Assembly: GCA_918797485.1 (NCBI GenBank)
Contig: CAKKNE010000001.1
Location: forward strand, 4,030,001 to 4,094,000
DNA: 64,000 nucleotides
DNA from: Pelagomonas calceolata
Lineage: Eukaryota
Reading direction: 5' to 3'
Positions 10,011-20,489 of this stretch are shown piece by piece. The translations under genes and the position numbers were made by a program. The notes below the pieces were generated by a model. The model worked only from the letters and a program-made list of their open reading frames with translations, had not been told where the DNA came from and did no database searches. Within the stretch, counting starts at the first letter, position 1, and the number at the start of each line of letters is the position of its first letter.

Positions 10011-12121
10011 CTAGTGCAGCTGCGCGACGTCGTGCTCGCGCTCGTGGACGGACTTGAGGAGGTGCGTGAACTCCTGCAGCGAGATGCTCCCGTCCCGGTC
10101 GTGGTCCAGCTCCTCCACGAGGATGGTCATCTCCTCCTCCGTCATGCTGATGCCGAAGCGCCGCAGGCCCTCCGTGAACTCGCTGTGGGCCACGCTCCCG
10201 CTCCCGTCGTTGTCGAAGAGGGCGAACACCTTCTTCGCCGTGTGCTCGATGGACTGGTCGTTCTCCGACGTCTCCGCCTGCGTCGCCATGAAGCTGAGGA
10301 ACTCGCTCCGGCTCACCTGGCCGTCGCCGTCGTGGTCCATGCCGGTCAGCATCGCCGCCGCCTGCGCGCCCGACGACTCCATGCCCAGCGACGCCAGCAG
10401 CTCGCTGAGCTCGTCCGCGTCGAGGTGGCCCGTGCCGTCCGCGTCGTACAGGTCGAAGGTCTGGGCCAGCTGCCGCTGGTCCTCCTCATTCACTCCCGTG
10501 GCCGAGGCGCGCGGCGACAGCGCCTGCTCGGGGCCGCCCGGCGTGGCCGGCGCGGTCACGATCTGCGCCCGGAGGCCGTAGAGTGTCTTCAGGAGCTTCA
10601 CGGCGCGCGAGGCCTTCGTCTCCCGGAGGACCTGGCCGACCAGTTTCCGGTTGCGAAACGTGCCCACCGAGCCGCAGTGGATGGCCAGCGGCACGGCCTC
10701 GCGCGCGACGAGCGCGATGCCGACCGTCGGCGCGAGCGCGAAGAGGACGTAGCCGCCCGTCGCCGGCACCGACGAGTGCTTGCACACGCGCGGCGCGAAG
10801 GTCATCACGACCAGCGACACGTAGACCGCCTGGAGCAGCAGCAGGAGCCGGCAGGCGAAGACGTGCGACTCGTGGCCCTTCTCCTCGAAGAGGAAGAGCC
10901 GGTGCTGCTTGTTCGGCGCGTGCCCGCAGAAGAGCCGCCGCACGTGGTGCCGCTCCGCCTCCTCGATCCGCGCGTCGACGGCGCAGGCCCAGCCCGGGAG
11001 GTCCTGGCCGACGATCGGCGTGAACTCGCCCCTCGTGTCCGCGCCTCCAATGTAATCGCGCGCCGCCGGGTCCATCGTGCCCCGGGCGATCCGGCGCACG
11101 TGGTTCAGGAACGCGAGCGCCAGCGCGAAGATCGCGTACTCGAAGGCGACCCAGCCCGCGGCCAGGAGGAAGGGCCCGTCGTTGACGGCCACGACGCCGC
11201 ACCACGCGACGGCCAGCGCCTCGAGGACGACCCAGGTCGGCCAGTCCACGTCGACCATCTCGACGAGGTCCTCGGACAGCGAGAGCATGAGGTAGCGCGC
11301 GTAGTCGAACGTGGCCGGGAGCCTGTTCCTGGAGTCGGCGTGCGGCGGGAGGAGGCTCCGGTCCCGCAGGAACTCCTGGCGCATGCCCCAGTACGCGATG
11401 ACCTCCTTCTTCGACAGGCGGCCGAGGATCGGCGTGTTTGGTGAAGGCGGCGGCGGCGCGCCCGCGAGCCACGGGTAGGGCACGTTACTGTCCGCGACGG
11501 CCGCGCACCACTTGTCCAGGGCGCGCCACCTTCTCTTCAAGTTGTTGCCCACGCGCACCATGCCCATGACGAGCAATACAAAGACGATCATCACCAAAAA
11601 CAGCGTGTAGTGCGCCGTCTCCACGAGCTCCTCGAGCTCCTCCTCCTCGACCTCCTCGCCGTACAGCACGTGGGCCAGCAGGCCCCAGAGCCCGCACTTG
11701 CCCGCCACCGTCGTCACGATCGACAGGAAGCCGAGCACCGTGACCTCGGCGAACGTCTGCCTCACCACGGGCTTCATGGTCGGCACGCTCGAGTGGATCA
11801 TGTGCTCCTGGGTCCGTTCGAAGAAGATCGTGAGCGCGACGAGGAACGACAGGATGCCGAGCAGCGTCGCGGCCATGGTCACCTGTGTGGAAATCAACCA
11901 GTGCGTCGGGTGCACCCGATAATTCTTCACTAAGTCATTTCTCGGCGATGACGCGGCAGTGCTGGCCCCGTCGAGCGGTGAGGAACCAGCACCGCCACGC
12001 CATCGAGCAGGCATCACGTCGATGGCGTGGAGGTCGACGCTACGATGCAGCACGCAATTTTGATTTCCACACAGATGGTCACCTTGCCCATCTCCGGCGC
12101 CTCCTCGTGGAAATTTTCCAT
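10011..12121 (-). CDS. MLO-family membrane protein with C-terminal four-EF-hand domain; 2 exons (12121-12083, 11882-10011)
   Basis: EVTVLGFLS and TFDYARYL..SL.EDLVEMVDVDW..W match MLO motifs; EF loops DADGTGHLDADE, DHDGDGQVSRSE, DNDGSGSVAHSE, DHDRDGSISLQE. Confidence 0.8.
11883..12082 (-). mobile_element. Introner (200-nt GT-AG intron)
   Basis: TIRs begin 11883 and end 12074; perfect TSD ATGGTCAC at 11875-11882 and 12075-12082; splicing gives MGK|VTM. Confidence 0.95.
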
Positions 12122-12464
12122 GGCCTCGGCTCGTCCGGGCAGCCCGCGCCGCCCGCTGCGACGCGTTTGCCTCCAAGCGGCGCGCTCGATCTCGATGACA
12201 GCGATTTCAGTGGCGGGTTTTGCGGCCGCATAGCTTTCGTCCCTCATGTCTCGCTTGGAGACGCTCCCAGGCGCCCCCGGCGCTCGCATGCCACTGTCCG
12301 ATGCAAGCTCGCATTTCTAGAGGGACTCTACTCTGCCTCTGCCAAACCTGCCCAGAAATCGGCCTCTCCGCGCGTCTCGAAGCTGCCCTTCGCTCGCCGG
12401 GTCTCGGAGCAGTCGATTTCGAGCAGTCCTGCGGCTCGTGGCAAGGGAGCCATCACTGTCTGCG

Positions 12465-12571
12465 GCTGAGCCTCCGCTGGGGGCAGCATAAGCTGTGAGC
12501 TGAGCCTCTGAGCCTCCGCTGGGCAGCATTGCTGGGCTGAGCCTCTGAGCCTCCGCTGGGCAGCATTGCTG
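12465..12571. repeat. Tandem repeat, ~37-bp unit, two full copies plus one partial
   Basis: GCTGAGCCTCTGAGCCTCCGCTGGGCAGCATTGCTG at 12499 and 12536; partial copy at 12465. Confidence 0.9.
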
Positions 12572-12597
12572 CCGCGCGGCGCTGTCGCGGCCAGACC

Positions 12598-13188
12598 ATG
12601 GTGATGATCGCCGTGAAGGTGCCAGCCGGGGCCGTACCCGGGGATAAGGTCGACGCCGTCTACGACGGCCGCCGGGTGTCGTTCGTCGTGCCCCCATCGG
12701 TCCGGCCTGGCCAGTCAGTGCACGTGCCCGTGCCGGCGTCGGACAACAGGAAGGGCTCGCCCGAGCTACAGGCGCGGTTGCAGAAGCTCAGGGCCACGTC
12801 GTCGCGCAAGCTCAAGACGCCGTCGCCCACTACGCCCTCGTCTTCGCCTCTTCTGCTCTTCACGAAGAAGACGCCGCCGGCGAAGCCGGCGCGCCCGTCG
12901 AACGCCGAGCCCGTGGCGTACGCTAGCGTCCCCGGCGAAGCTCCAGACGACATTACCGCGAGCGCGGACCCCCCGCCGCGCCCTCCGCCGCGCCGCGACG
13001 AAAACGGGGCCCGAGCATTCGCCAAGGCGCCGCGCCAATCGCCGCCCGCCGCGGTCGCGGCCGCCATGCCCTACGCCGACGTCGAAGGTGAAAGCGCCGA
13101 CTTCTGCGGCTGGCTCGAGCCCATCCGGAGCATCACGTACGAGGCGTCCGACGACGAGCGGCCGTTCGCGTGCGGGTGCGTCGCGTAG
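12598..13188 (+). CDS. Hypothetical Pro-rich protein
   Basis: N-terminal V.VPAGA.PG..V / FVVPP.V.PG repeat; Cys-containing C-terminus (CGCVA). Confidence 0.6.
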   Translation: MVMIAVKVPAGAVPGDKVDAVYDGRRVSFVVPPSVRPGQSVHVPVPASDNRKGSPELQARLQKLRATSSRKLKTPSPTTPSSSPLLLFTKKTPPAKPARPSNAEPVAYASVPGEAPDDITASADPPPRPPPRRDENGARAFAKAPRQSPPAAVAAAMPYADVEGESADFCGWLEPIRSITYEASDDERPFACGCVA

Positions 13189-13291
13189 CTCTGCCTCGGT
13201 CCCCTACTCATCACTGGCGGCGCGCGTGTATAAGCCATCTTGCAATTATCGCCCTTGGCCGGATTAAATTTAATTGTCACACAACAACCAG

Positions 13292-14288
13292 TTAGTTACA
13301 CGGGCGGTAATGCTCGCACGGCACGGCCACCGCCTGGACGACTGGCATCTCCAGCCCGTCCGCCGATTGCGCGACGCCGACCGGCATGGACGACACAGCC
13401 GTCACCTCGGCGAGGGGCGGCAGGGGTCGGACGCGCATGCGCTCCAGTTGCTTCGCCCGCCGCCGCGCCTTCATGATCGAGTGCGCGAACGTGAGGAGCG
13501 TGCCGCCGCAGATGGTGACCAGCACCGTGATCCAGAAGATGTCTATCGGCCGGCAAAAATCAGTGTTGTCGAGCTCCTTCCGGTGTGCGAGGTAATGCGC
13601 GGAGGGCACGCCGCCCAGTTCCGTGTGCTCGCAGACGCACCCCGTCGCGCAATGGACGCCGCGGTAGCTGCGCGACAAGACACAAGACGTGTCGACCCAG
13701 CGCTTGCTGCCCCGGAAGTTGATGTAGGCGCACTGGCTCATCTTGCACATACCTGTGTTGACGCAGAGCCTCCGATGGCGTGCCGCGATGGTTCCGACTC
13801 AGATGCGCACCCACGTCCGCCGGGTAGCCGCGGCGCCAGGCCGTGAACGAGTGATCGGGGCGCGCCGCGCTCGTCCAGCGCCAGCCCGAATCCGGCGACT
13901 TGTAGGTGCGCTGGTAGGCGCCGATGAGCAAATCGATGTCCTCGCCGACGAAGTGCCGCAGGAGCCGCTGCTGCGCCTGGTCCTCGACGCTTACTAAGGT
14001 ACCGCCGAGGCTGTTGCAGCCCTTCTCGCAGTCGCGGAAGTGCTTCCCCGGCGTGCCGGCGGCGTTGCACATCGACCACATCGTTTTATTACCGATCGTC
14101 GTAGCGCCGCTCGGCGGTACGAGGATGTGCCACCTCCCGACGCGCGCGTCTATCACGCGGTTGCGACCCTCCGGCCACCACTCCGGCCAGGTCGCGTTCG
14201 TCGCGTTCGTCGTTGGTGTCGTCGCGTTCGTTGCCGTCGCGCGGAGCGGTGCCGCGAGCACGACTGCTGTCAGCAGCAGACGCATCAT
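13292..14288 (-). CDS. C-type-lectin-like single-pass membrane protein; 2 exons (14288-13811, 13752-13292)
   Basis: Signal peptide, C...GGTLVSV, IGA..WRW..W..G.P, W.D..C, CVCE, transmembrane helix; 58-nt GT-AG intron joins the frames (939 nt). Confidence 0.75.
13753..13810 (-). mobile_element. Decayed introner-like intron (58 nt)
   Basis: GT plus 6 nt, then TIR-like CTGAGTCGGAACCA; internal CACGCCATCG; ends AACACAG. Confidence 0.45.
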
Positions 14289-14557
14289 GGCACTGGAGTC
14301 TGAGGGGCAGCCTGCACACGCCAGCCGTGCGAGCAGTGCGAGGCAGCCCCGCGGCGGTACGTAGGCGATGCTTGACCGAGGCCTGCGCCTTGAGGCCGCC
14401 ACCGCGCGCCGCTTCCGATGCACTGGTTCCAGCCACCACCACAATGTCATGCACATTTGGCCCAGCCGTTTGGCCTCCCATTGCCAGAGTGCACGGGTCC
14501 GGCTTAAAGTTATTTTCACTGCTCTTTGCACTGGCTGGATGTCTCCTTGACTCGTGC

Positions 14558-14580
14558 AGCTAGCGGCTGTAAGACACTAG
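14558..14580 (-). promoter_or_regulatory. Representative copy of the recurrent intergenic CTAGT...CGCTAGCT motif
   Basis: CTAGTGTCTTACAGCCGCTAGCT; at least 11 related copies in other intergenic regions; function inferred only. Confidence 0.5.
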
Positions 14581-14757
14581 GGATGCCAAGCCTGGAGCCT
14601 GGCTCAGATCATCAAGCCTCTGACAGCTCGCAGAGCGCAGATCGAGGACGCCAAAGGCTTGATTCATAGCGGACCATCTCGAGTCGCACAGCTTAACACT
14701 GCGCAGCGGCAGGGCAGACTCGAGCCCCTCATTTGCAGCAACACGGCCAGCGCAGCG

Positions 14758-15366
14758 ATGGCGCGGCGCGCCCTCCTTGGCCTCCTCGCGGCGGCAGCCG
14801 CCGCCTTCACGGCGCCCCGACGACGGCCAGTCCTCGCGCCCCGGCGCGGCAAGGGCTTCGGCGCCGACGCCGAGAAGCCGAAGAAAAAATCGCGGTCGGC
14901 CGCGCCGACGATCACCGTGGACGAAATCGTGGACGACGACGACGCCCCCGCGCCGGCGTCCGAGGGCGAGATCTTCGCGAAGTACGGCATCGACTCGTCG
15001 GGCCGCGCGCCGACGACGGCGGCGGTGCCCGAGCCCGAGCCGCCGTTCACGCCGCTCAAGGACGTGCCGGACGACGTCCAGGTCGCGGCCGAGAAGATCC
15101 TGCTGGGCGGCGGGCTCCTGTGCCTGGCGGTCTTCGTCTTCATCGGCGGCGCGATCACGGTCGACGCGTTCAGCGTCGCGTCGGGCAGCCCGCTCGAGCC
15201 GGGCATGAAGGCGTTCATCGTGGACGTGCTCGAGCCCAAGTTCACGCCCACGCTGGTCGCGGGCTTCGCGTGCTCGATCTCGCTCGGCGGGCTCAAGGCG
15301 CTGCAGCTCACGTCCGACGACGCGCAGTACAGCGAGGGCGTCCAGTACTCCGAGGAGGACGACTAG
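14758..15366 (+). CDS. Putative plastid-targeted two-TM membrane protein
   Basis: AAA-FTAP presequence, KGFG motif, two hydrophobic segments. Confidence 0.7.
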   Translation: MARRALLGLLAAAAAAFTAPRRRPVLAPRRGKGFGADAEKPKKKSRSAAPTITVDEIVDDDDAPAPASEGEIFAKYGIDSSGRAPTTAAVPEPEPPFTPLKDVPDDVQVAAEKILLGGGLLCLAVFVFIGGAITVDAFSVASGSPLEPGMKAFIVDVLEPKFTPTLVAGFACSISLGGLKALQLTSDDAQYSEGVQYSEEDD

Positions 15367-15493
15367 GCGCGTAAGAGATCGCGCCGCCGTCCGCCGTCCA
15401 CCTCGTTCGAACCCCGCACCTTAGAAAGGCAGCTTTCCAGCTGCGCTCGGGGGCTGCCTTCATCAAACAGCAGAAGCCAGCGGCGCAGCCAAG

Positions 15494-16279
15494 ATGCCCT
15501 TCTCCCTTTTGGCGCACCAGAGCACGATCCTGCCGCTCGCGACGGCGGGTCTGCTGGGCGCGGGCATGGCGCGCCTCAGCTACATCCTGATGGACGTGCT
15601 GGACGACGACAGCAGCGAGGCGCGCACGGACCAGCGGATCCGGCTGCTCGACCGCGTCATGCGCCTCAAGGCGAAGCCGGGCGTCGTGGTCGTCGAGGCG
15701 AGCGACGCGGACGTCGACGGCGGGCTGTACCGGCCCGAGGACTGGCGCAGCGAGCAGATCCAGGACTACGCGGCGCGGACGTGCCAGACGGCGTGCCTCA
15801 CGGCCGACTGCCAGACGTGCGTGGGCGCCGAGCCGGACGAGGGCCGGGTGGCCTTCGTGACGGAGCGGCGCTTCAAGCCGGCGCGGCCCGTGCGGGCGGT
15901 CTCCGCGGCGCCGCTGACGAAGGACGCCGACACGTTGAGGCGGCGGGCGGCGCGGCCCGACGCCGTCGACGCCGTCGACGCGGCGGGCCTGTGCTACATC
16001 TGCTGCGACCGGCCCATGGACTCGGTCCTGCTACCGTGCGGCCACAGCGGCGCGTGCTACGCGTGCGCCGTCGAGAACGTCGCGCGCACGGAGCTGTGCC
16101 CCTGCTGCCGCGGCGCCGTCGACCAGATCGTGGTCTACGACCCGGCGTCGCGGAAGGACGAGGACGGGAACGCCGTGTTCCGCGTCGTGGGCCCGGGCCC
16201 CGTCGAGCGGTCGAAGAGCCGGCTCGACGCGCTCTACGAATATATGGGATGGACGGCGGCGGCGCCCGTCGCGACGTAG
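15494..16279 (+). CDS. RING-HC (C3HC4) finger protein
   Basis: CYICCD...LLPCGHSGACYACA......CPCCR. Confidence 0.85.
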   Translation: MPFSLLAHQSTILPLATAGLLGAGMARLSYILMDVLDDDSSEARTDQRIRLLDRVMRLKAKPGVVVVEASDADVDGGLYRPEDWRSEQIQDYAARTCQTACLTADCQTCVGAEPDEGRVAFVTERRFKPARPVRAVSAAPLTKDADTLRRRAARPDAVDAVDAAGLCYICCDRPMDSVLLPCGHSGACYACAVENVARTELCPCCRGAVDQIVVYDPASRKDEDGNAVFRVVGPGPVERSKSRLDALYEYMGWTAAAPVAT

Positions 16280-16346
16280 GCCCCGGGACTAAACACACCA
16301 CATGTTAGGAGTAGCCGCACCGGTCTTGGCACGGGCGAGCGGGCGC

Positions 16347-17480
16347 CTACTTGGACCGCCTCGCGGCGCACGACGCCGAGCGCGAGGCGCGGTAGCCCCG
16401 GACCGCGTGCTCGCCCAGCAGGTAGTCGTCGATGTTGTCCTCGTCGAGGTGCGCCTTCGAGTACGTCGAGATCAGGTCCGTGACGACGGCGTCGCCGCGC
16501 GCGACCGCGTAGTCGAGCGCGGTGACGCCCTGGAGGTTCTTGGCACCAACAATATCGCGGACCGCCGCGCGCGCGAGCAGCTCCCGGGCGAGCACGGCGT
16601 TGCCCGTCTGCGCCGCGTACATCAGGACCGTGTTCTTCGTGAGCGGGTCGGGCCGGACCAGGTTGGCGTCCGTGAGGTTGGCGAACATGGCGTCGAGGTC
16701 GTCCCGGTTGATCTCGGGCTGGATGACGTCGCGCCACTCGACGAAGTACGGCGCCGCGAGGGGCCGCATGAGCGCGGCCCTATCTAATTTGATCGACGCG
16801 TTCTCGTGGCGCTCGAGGGGGATGGAGTTGTGCCGCTTCAGGCCCTTGAGCTTCTCCCGGAAGTAGGCCGGCACGGGCACGCGCGACTGCTTCTTCTTGA
16901 GGCGCCGCTTGGCGACGACGTCCGCGATGAGCTGGTCGCACTCCGACCGCGACACGCGGCCCATCTCGTTCGTGCCGTGGTCCCGCACGACGCGCCGCGT
17001 GAACGCGAGGGACTCGCCGGGCAGCGCCTCGACCAGCCGCGCGTGGACCTCCTCGACGGTGAGCCCGTACTTCCCGCTCAGCGCCCGCTGGCCCGCGTGG
17101 TCCTCGAAGTGCTTCTTCTGCTTCGTCCGCGACGAGCCCAGCGACAGCAGGCCCATGGTCGCCTGCCGGAAGAGGCCGGGCCGCGGCGTCGGCGCCTTCG
17201 GCGGCGACGGCGGCCGCGCGATCGACGCGACCTTCTTAGGTAGTTCCTCGAAGGACACGGCGCGTTCCGGGGCCGCGCGCGCCACGTCCTTCTTGGACAC
17301 CTGGCGCTTCGCCTTCCGGGGGCTCGGCCGCTTCTTCTTCGGCTTCGTCTTCTTCGTCGGCTCGGCCGCGGGCGCGACCGCGACCTCCTCGACCGAGCCC
17401 TCCGCTTGCTCGTCGTCGTCGTCGGGCGCGCAGCCGAAGTAGGCCGCGAGGTCCGCCGCGCAGTGCCATTCGCCTAGCAT
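16347..17480 (-). CDS. Ankyrin-repeat protein (paralog A, intronless)
   Basis: NTVLMYAAQTGN, GVTALDYAVARG. Confidence 0.75.
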   Translation of the reverse strand: MLGEWHCAADLAAYFGCAPDDDDEQAEGSVEEVAVAPAAEPTKKTKPKKKRPSPRKAKRQVSKKDVARAAPERAVSFEELPKKVASIARPPSPPKAPTPRPGLFRQATMGLLSLGSSRTKQKKHFEDHAGQRALSGKYGLTVEEVHARLVEALPGESLAFTRRVVRDHGTNEMGRVSRSECDQLIADVVAKRRLKKKQSRVPVPAYFREKLKGLKRHNSIPLERHENASIKLDRAALMRPLAAPYFVEWRDVIQPEINRDDLDAMFANLTDANLVRPDPLTKNTVLMYAAQTGNAVLARELLARAAVRDIVGAKNLQGVTALDYAVARGDAVVTDLISTYSKAHLDEDNIDDYLLGEHAVRGYRASRSASCAARRSK

Positions 17481-17849
17481 GGTGCTGGCCGTGGTGGGAG
17501 TGACCCAGGCTGAATTATGTTGTCCCTCCGCTTGGGGCCCGGTCCACTAGCACCAAGGACCTAAATTTCGATGCGTGGGGCTCCGCGCGGGCCTCGGGCT
17601 GGCGGCTACGCCCGGATCCTTCGGTCGGAGATCAGCTCGGGCGCTCGTCGCAGCGAACCCCGCACGCGCACGAGATGGCCGCAGAAACTTCCGTGGGACC
17701 GGAAGTAAGTGGACCTACAAGTATTTTCGTCGCGCGCTGGTTTGAGCGGGCCAGGCTTTGACCGCCGCGGCGTCGTCTCGGGCCCGGGCCCGCGCCCGCC
17801 ACCAGCGACGAGTTGTGACCGTCTCGTACACAAGAACACTTACGCGCTA

Positions 17850-19026
17850 CTACTTCGGCATGCTGCCCCGCGCGGCGCACGACGCCTGCCGCGCGACGCG
17901 GTAGCTCCGCGTCGCGTGGTGCGACAGCATCTTGTCGGCGACGTGCTCGTCGGCCAGGTGCTCCTGGTTGTAGCACGACAGCGTCTGCGCGACGCCGTCG
18001 TGGCCGCGCGCCGCCGCGTACTCCAGGGCCGTGTGGCCCCTGGCGTTCCGCCTGTGCACGATCTGCCGCCCGACGGTCCGCCGCAGCACGACCGCGAGGC
18101 GCTCGACGTCACCGATCTGGGCCAAGTAATGGACGATGGTGTTGCCCGCCGACGTCGCCTCCTGCAGCGTCGCGTCGTTGACCTGGCCGAACAGCGCCTC
18201 GAAGTCGCGGCCGTGCGCGTCGAGCAGCTGGTCCCAGTCGCAGCCCGCGGCCTGTGTGGAAATCAACCAGTGCGACGGGTGCACCCGACAATTCTTCACT
18301 AAGTCATTTCTCGGCGATGACGCGGCCGTCCTGGCTCGGTCGAGCGGTGAGGAACCGGCATCGCCACGCCATCGAGCAGGCGTCGCGTCGATGGCGTGGA
18401 GGTCGACGCGATGATTCAGCGCGAACGCGCCGTAAAATTTTGATTTCCACACAGCCCGCGGCCTTGGGGAGCGGCTTCGCCAGGGCCTTGGCGTCGGCGT
18501 GGATGGCCGACGGCGCGTACAGCTCCTTCGGGGCCTTCGGCGGCTTCTTCGCCCGCCGGCGCCAGAACTTGCGCCGCGACTTTTTGACGAGGCGGTCCTC
18601 CTCGAAGCGCGCGACCATGACCTCGAAGTCGCGGGGCGAGACGCGGCCGTGCTGGTCCGCGCCCACGTCCAGCATCATGCGCTTGGTCTGCGCCGTCGAG
18701 ACGCCCTTGCCGAGGCGCTCCCTGAGCCGGTCGCGCGCCTCCGAGACGTCGTAGTAGGCGGTCACCTCGGCGACGACCTCGACGAGCTTCGGCTCCTTGA
18801 CGACGCTGCGTCGCACCAGGCCCCAGCGGCTCGCGGCCCGGGTCTCCGCCGGCTTCGGCGGCGGGTCCGCGGGCCGCCGCGCCGCGCGGCGCTTGCTCTC
18901 GCGCCGCTTGATCTTGCGCCGCGGGGTCTTCTCGGGCTCCGCCTCGGACTCCTCCTCCGCGAGCGGCTCCCCGCCGAAGCAGGTGAGGAAGGCGTCGTCC
19001 TCGCGGCAGCCCATGCAGGCGAACAT
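17850..19026 (-). CDS. Ankyrin-repeat protein (paralog B); 2 exons (19026-18463, 18251-17850)
   Basis: GNTIVHYLAQIG, GHTALEYAAARG; C-terminus similar to paralog A. Confidence 0.75.
18252..18462 (-). mobile_element. Introner (211-nt GC-AG intron)
   Basis: Perfect 15-bp TIRs spanning 18252-18454; perfect TSD CCCGCGGC at 18244-18251 and 18455-18462. Confidence 0.95.
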
Positions 19027-19510
19027 CGTTACTTGCGTCTGTGGGAGGCTGCCCTCGGGCGGGAGTCTGGGTCGGCGCTGGCGTAGTGCGCAGTTGGACC
19101 GTGCCCGGGCTGCCCAGATATCTCGCGTGCCTGGCGTTTGCCCGGTTGTAGGTAGCTGTTACTCGGGTCTTGGGGGGCTAGCACCTAGGTCTGTCGGCAG
19201 AGGCACAGCGTATACACAACGTTTCACATGCAGCGTTCAGAGGCATGCACCCATTGCATGCCTCGGAAATTCGAACGAACCCGTACGAAACACAAAAAGA
19301 ACCCTAGCCCTCTGACCCCTCTTGGGAATCGCGCAGTAGGTCTGGGCCCGGGAACTCGCACACCTTCAAAAACCCGTTTTGCAGCGGGGAGCTTGCAAGC
19401 TTGGCTCTCTCTGTGCGCTTTCCAATAACCATCTGCATTCGGCGTTACCGCCTCCGCCGCGATTTTAGCCGATTTGTGGAGGCCCTGTGCTGTCGACCGG
19501 TCGCAGCGGT

Positions 19511-20236
19511 ATGCCTCTGGCGGCAGACATCGTCAAGAGCGGCGCGATGCGCCTGCTCGGCTCGGCACGGCGTCCGGCGCCCTCGCTGTTCTCGCTGCCG
19601 GGACTCGAAGCGCGCGCGAACTGGCGCGGCGCCAAAGGTCTTGACGCCGCGGGCTACCGGCCGCTCGCGGACGCCGTGCGAAGGATAGAGGACGCCACCG
19701 ACGCGCTGGCCGACGAATACGTCAGGGCGAAGGCCGCGCGCGCGGAGGCCGGTCGGAAGGCGAGCGACTACGAGGCCGACGCGTCGCTCCACGGCGGGCG
19801 CTGGGACTGGCTGTCGTACGTCGACCGGGGAGCGATCAAACCGAGCTTCGCGCGCGAGGCGCCGGTCGCCGCGCGGCTCTTGGATGCCGTGCCGCGGCTC
19901 ATGACCGGCGTGCCCTTCGGCCACGCCTTCTACAGCGCGCTCGGCGCCGGGGCCGAGATCAAGCCGCACACGGCGCCGATGAACCTGCGGCTGCGGGTCC
20001 ATGTGCCGTTGATGGTGCCGGAGGGCGACGTCGGCATGCGGCTCGCGGGCGAGGCGTTGGCGTGGCGGCGGGGCGAGGCCCTGGTCTTCGACGACTCGTT
20101 CGTGCACGAGACGTGGAACCGGACCGCGGCGGACCGCGTCGTGTTGCTCTTCGACGTGTGGCACCCCGACCTCGGCGACGACGAGATCGGGGCCGTCGTG
20201 GACATGTTCCGGCGGGCCGCCGCGAAGCCGAAGTAA
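19511..20236 (+). CDS. Aspartyl/asparaginyl beta-hydroxylase-family 2OG-Fe(II) dioxygenase
   Basis: IKPHTAPMNLRLRVHVPL, FDDSFVHETWN, RVVLLFDVWHP. Confidence 0.9.
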   Translation: MPLAADIVKSGAMRLLGSARRPAPSLFSLPGLEARANWRGAKGLDAAGYRPLADAVRRIEDATDALADEYVRAKAARAEAGRKASDYEADASLHGGRWDWLSYVDRGAIKPSFAREAPVAARLLDAVPRLMTGVPFGHAFYSALGAGAEIKPHTAPMNLRLRVHVPLMVPEGDVGMRLAGEALAWRRGEALVFDDSFVHETWNRTAADRVVLLFDVWHPDLGDDEIGAVVDMFRRAAAKPK

Positions 20237-20489
20237 TGTAGTTGTTGTGGACGTGTGTAGACCCGCGACACACCCATTCGGCTAGACGAAGCGGTGCGAT
20301 GAAAGCTCGGGGCAAAAACCCGCACCAGTCGAACTGAGATGAAAACACGCACGTCGTGAGCCTTACGCGCAGCGCAGACGGACAGCCGCAATCTCGCGCA
20401 CGCCACATCTATTTCCTCGTCATATTTGGCCAGCCTGTCCGCGGTGCGACAGCCATCTGTACTGCAAAACCGACTCACTCTCGAGGAGC

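Noticed and set aside
12465..12571. Possible CRISPR-like array
   Set aside because: No unique spacers, fewer than 3 full units, eukaryotic context and no cas genes.
13750..13815. Apparent frameshifts in the lectin, PTOX, hydrolase, GT77 and sulfotransferase genes suggesting pseudogenes
   Set aside because: All are resolved by GT/GC-AG introns that restore the frame.
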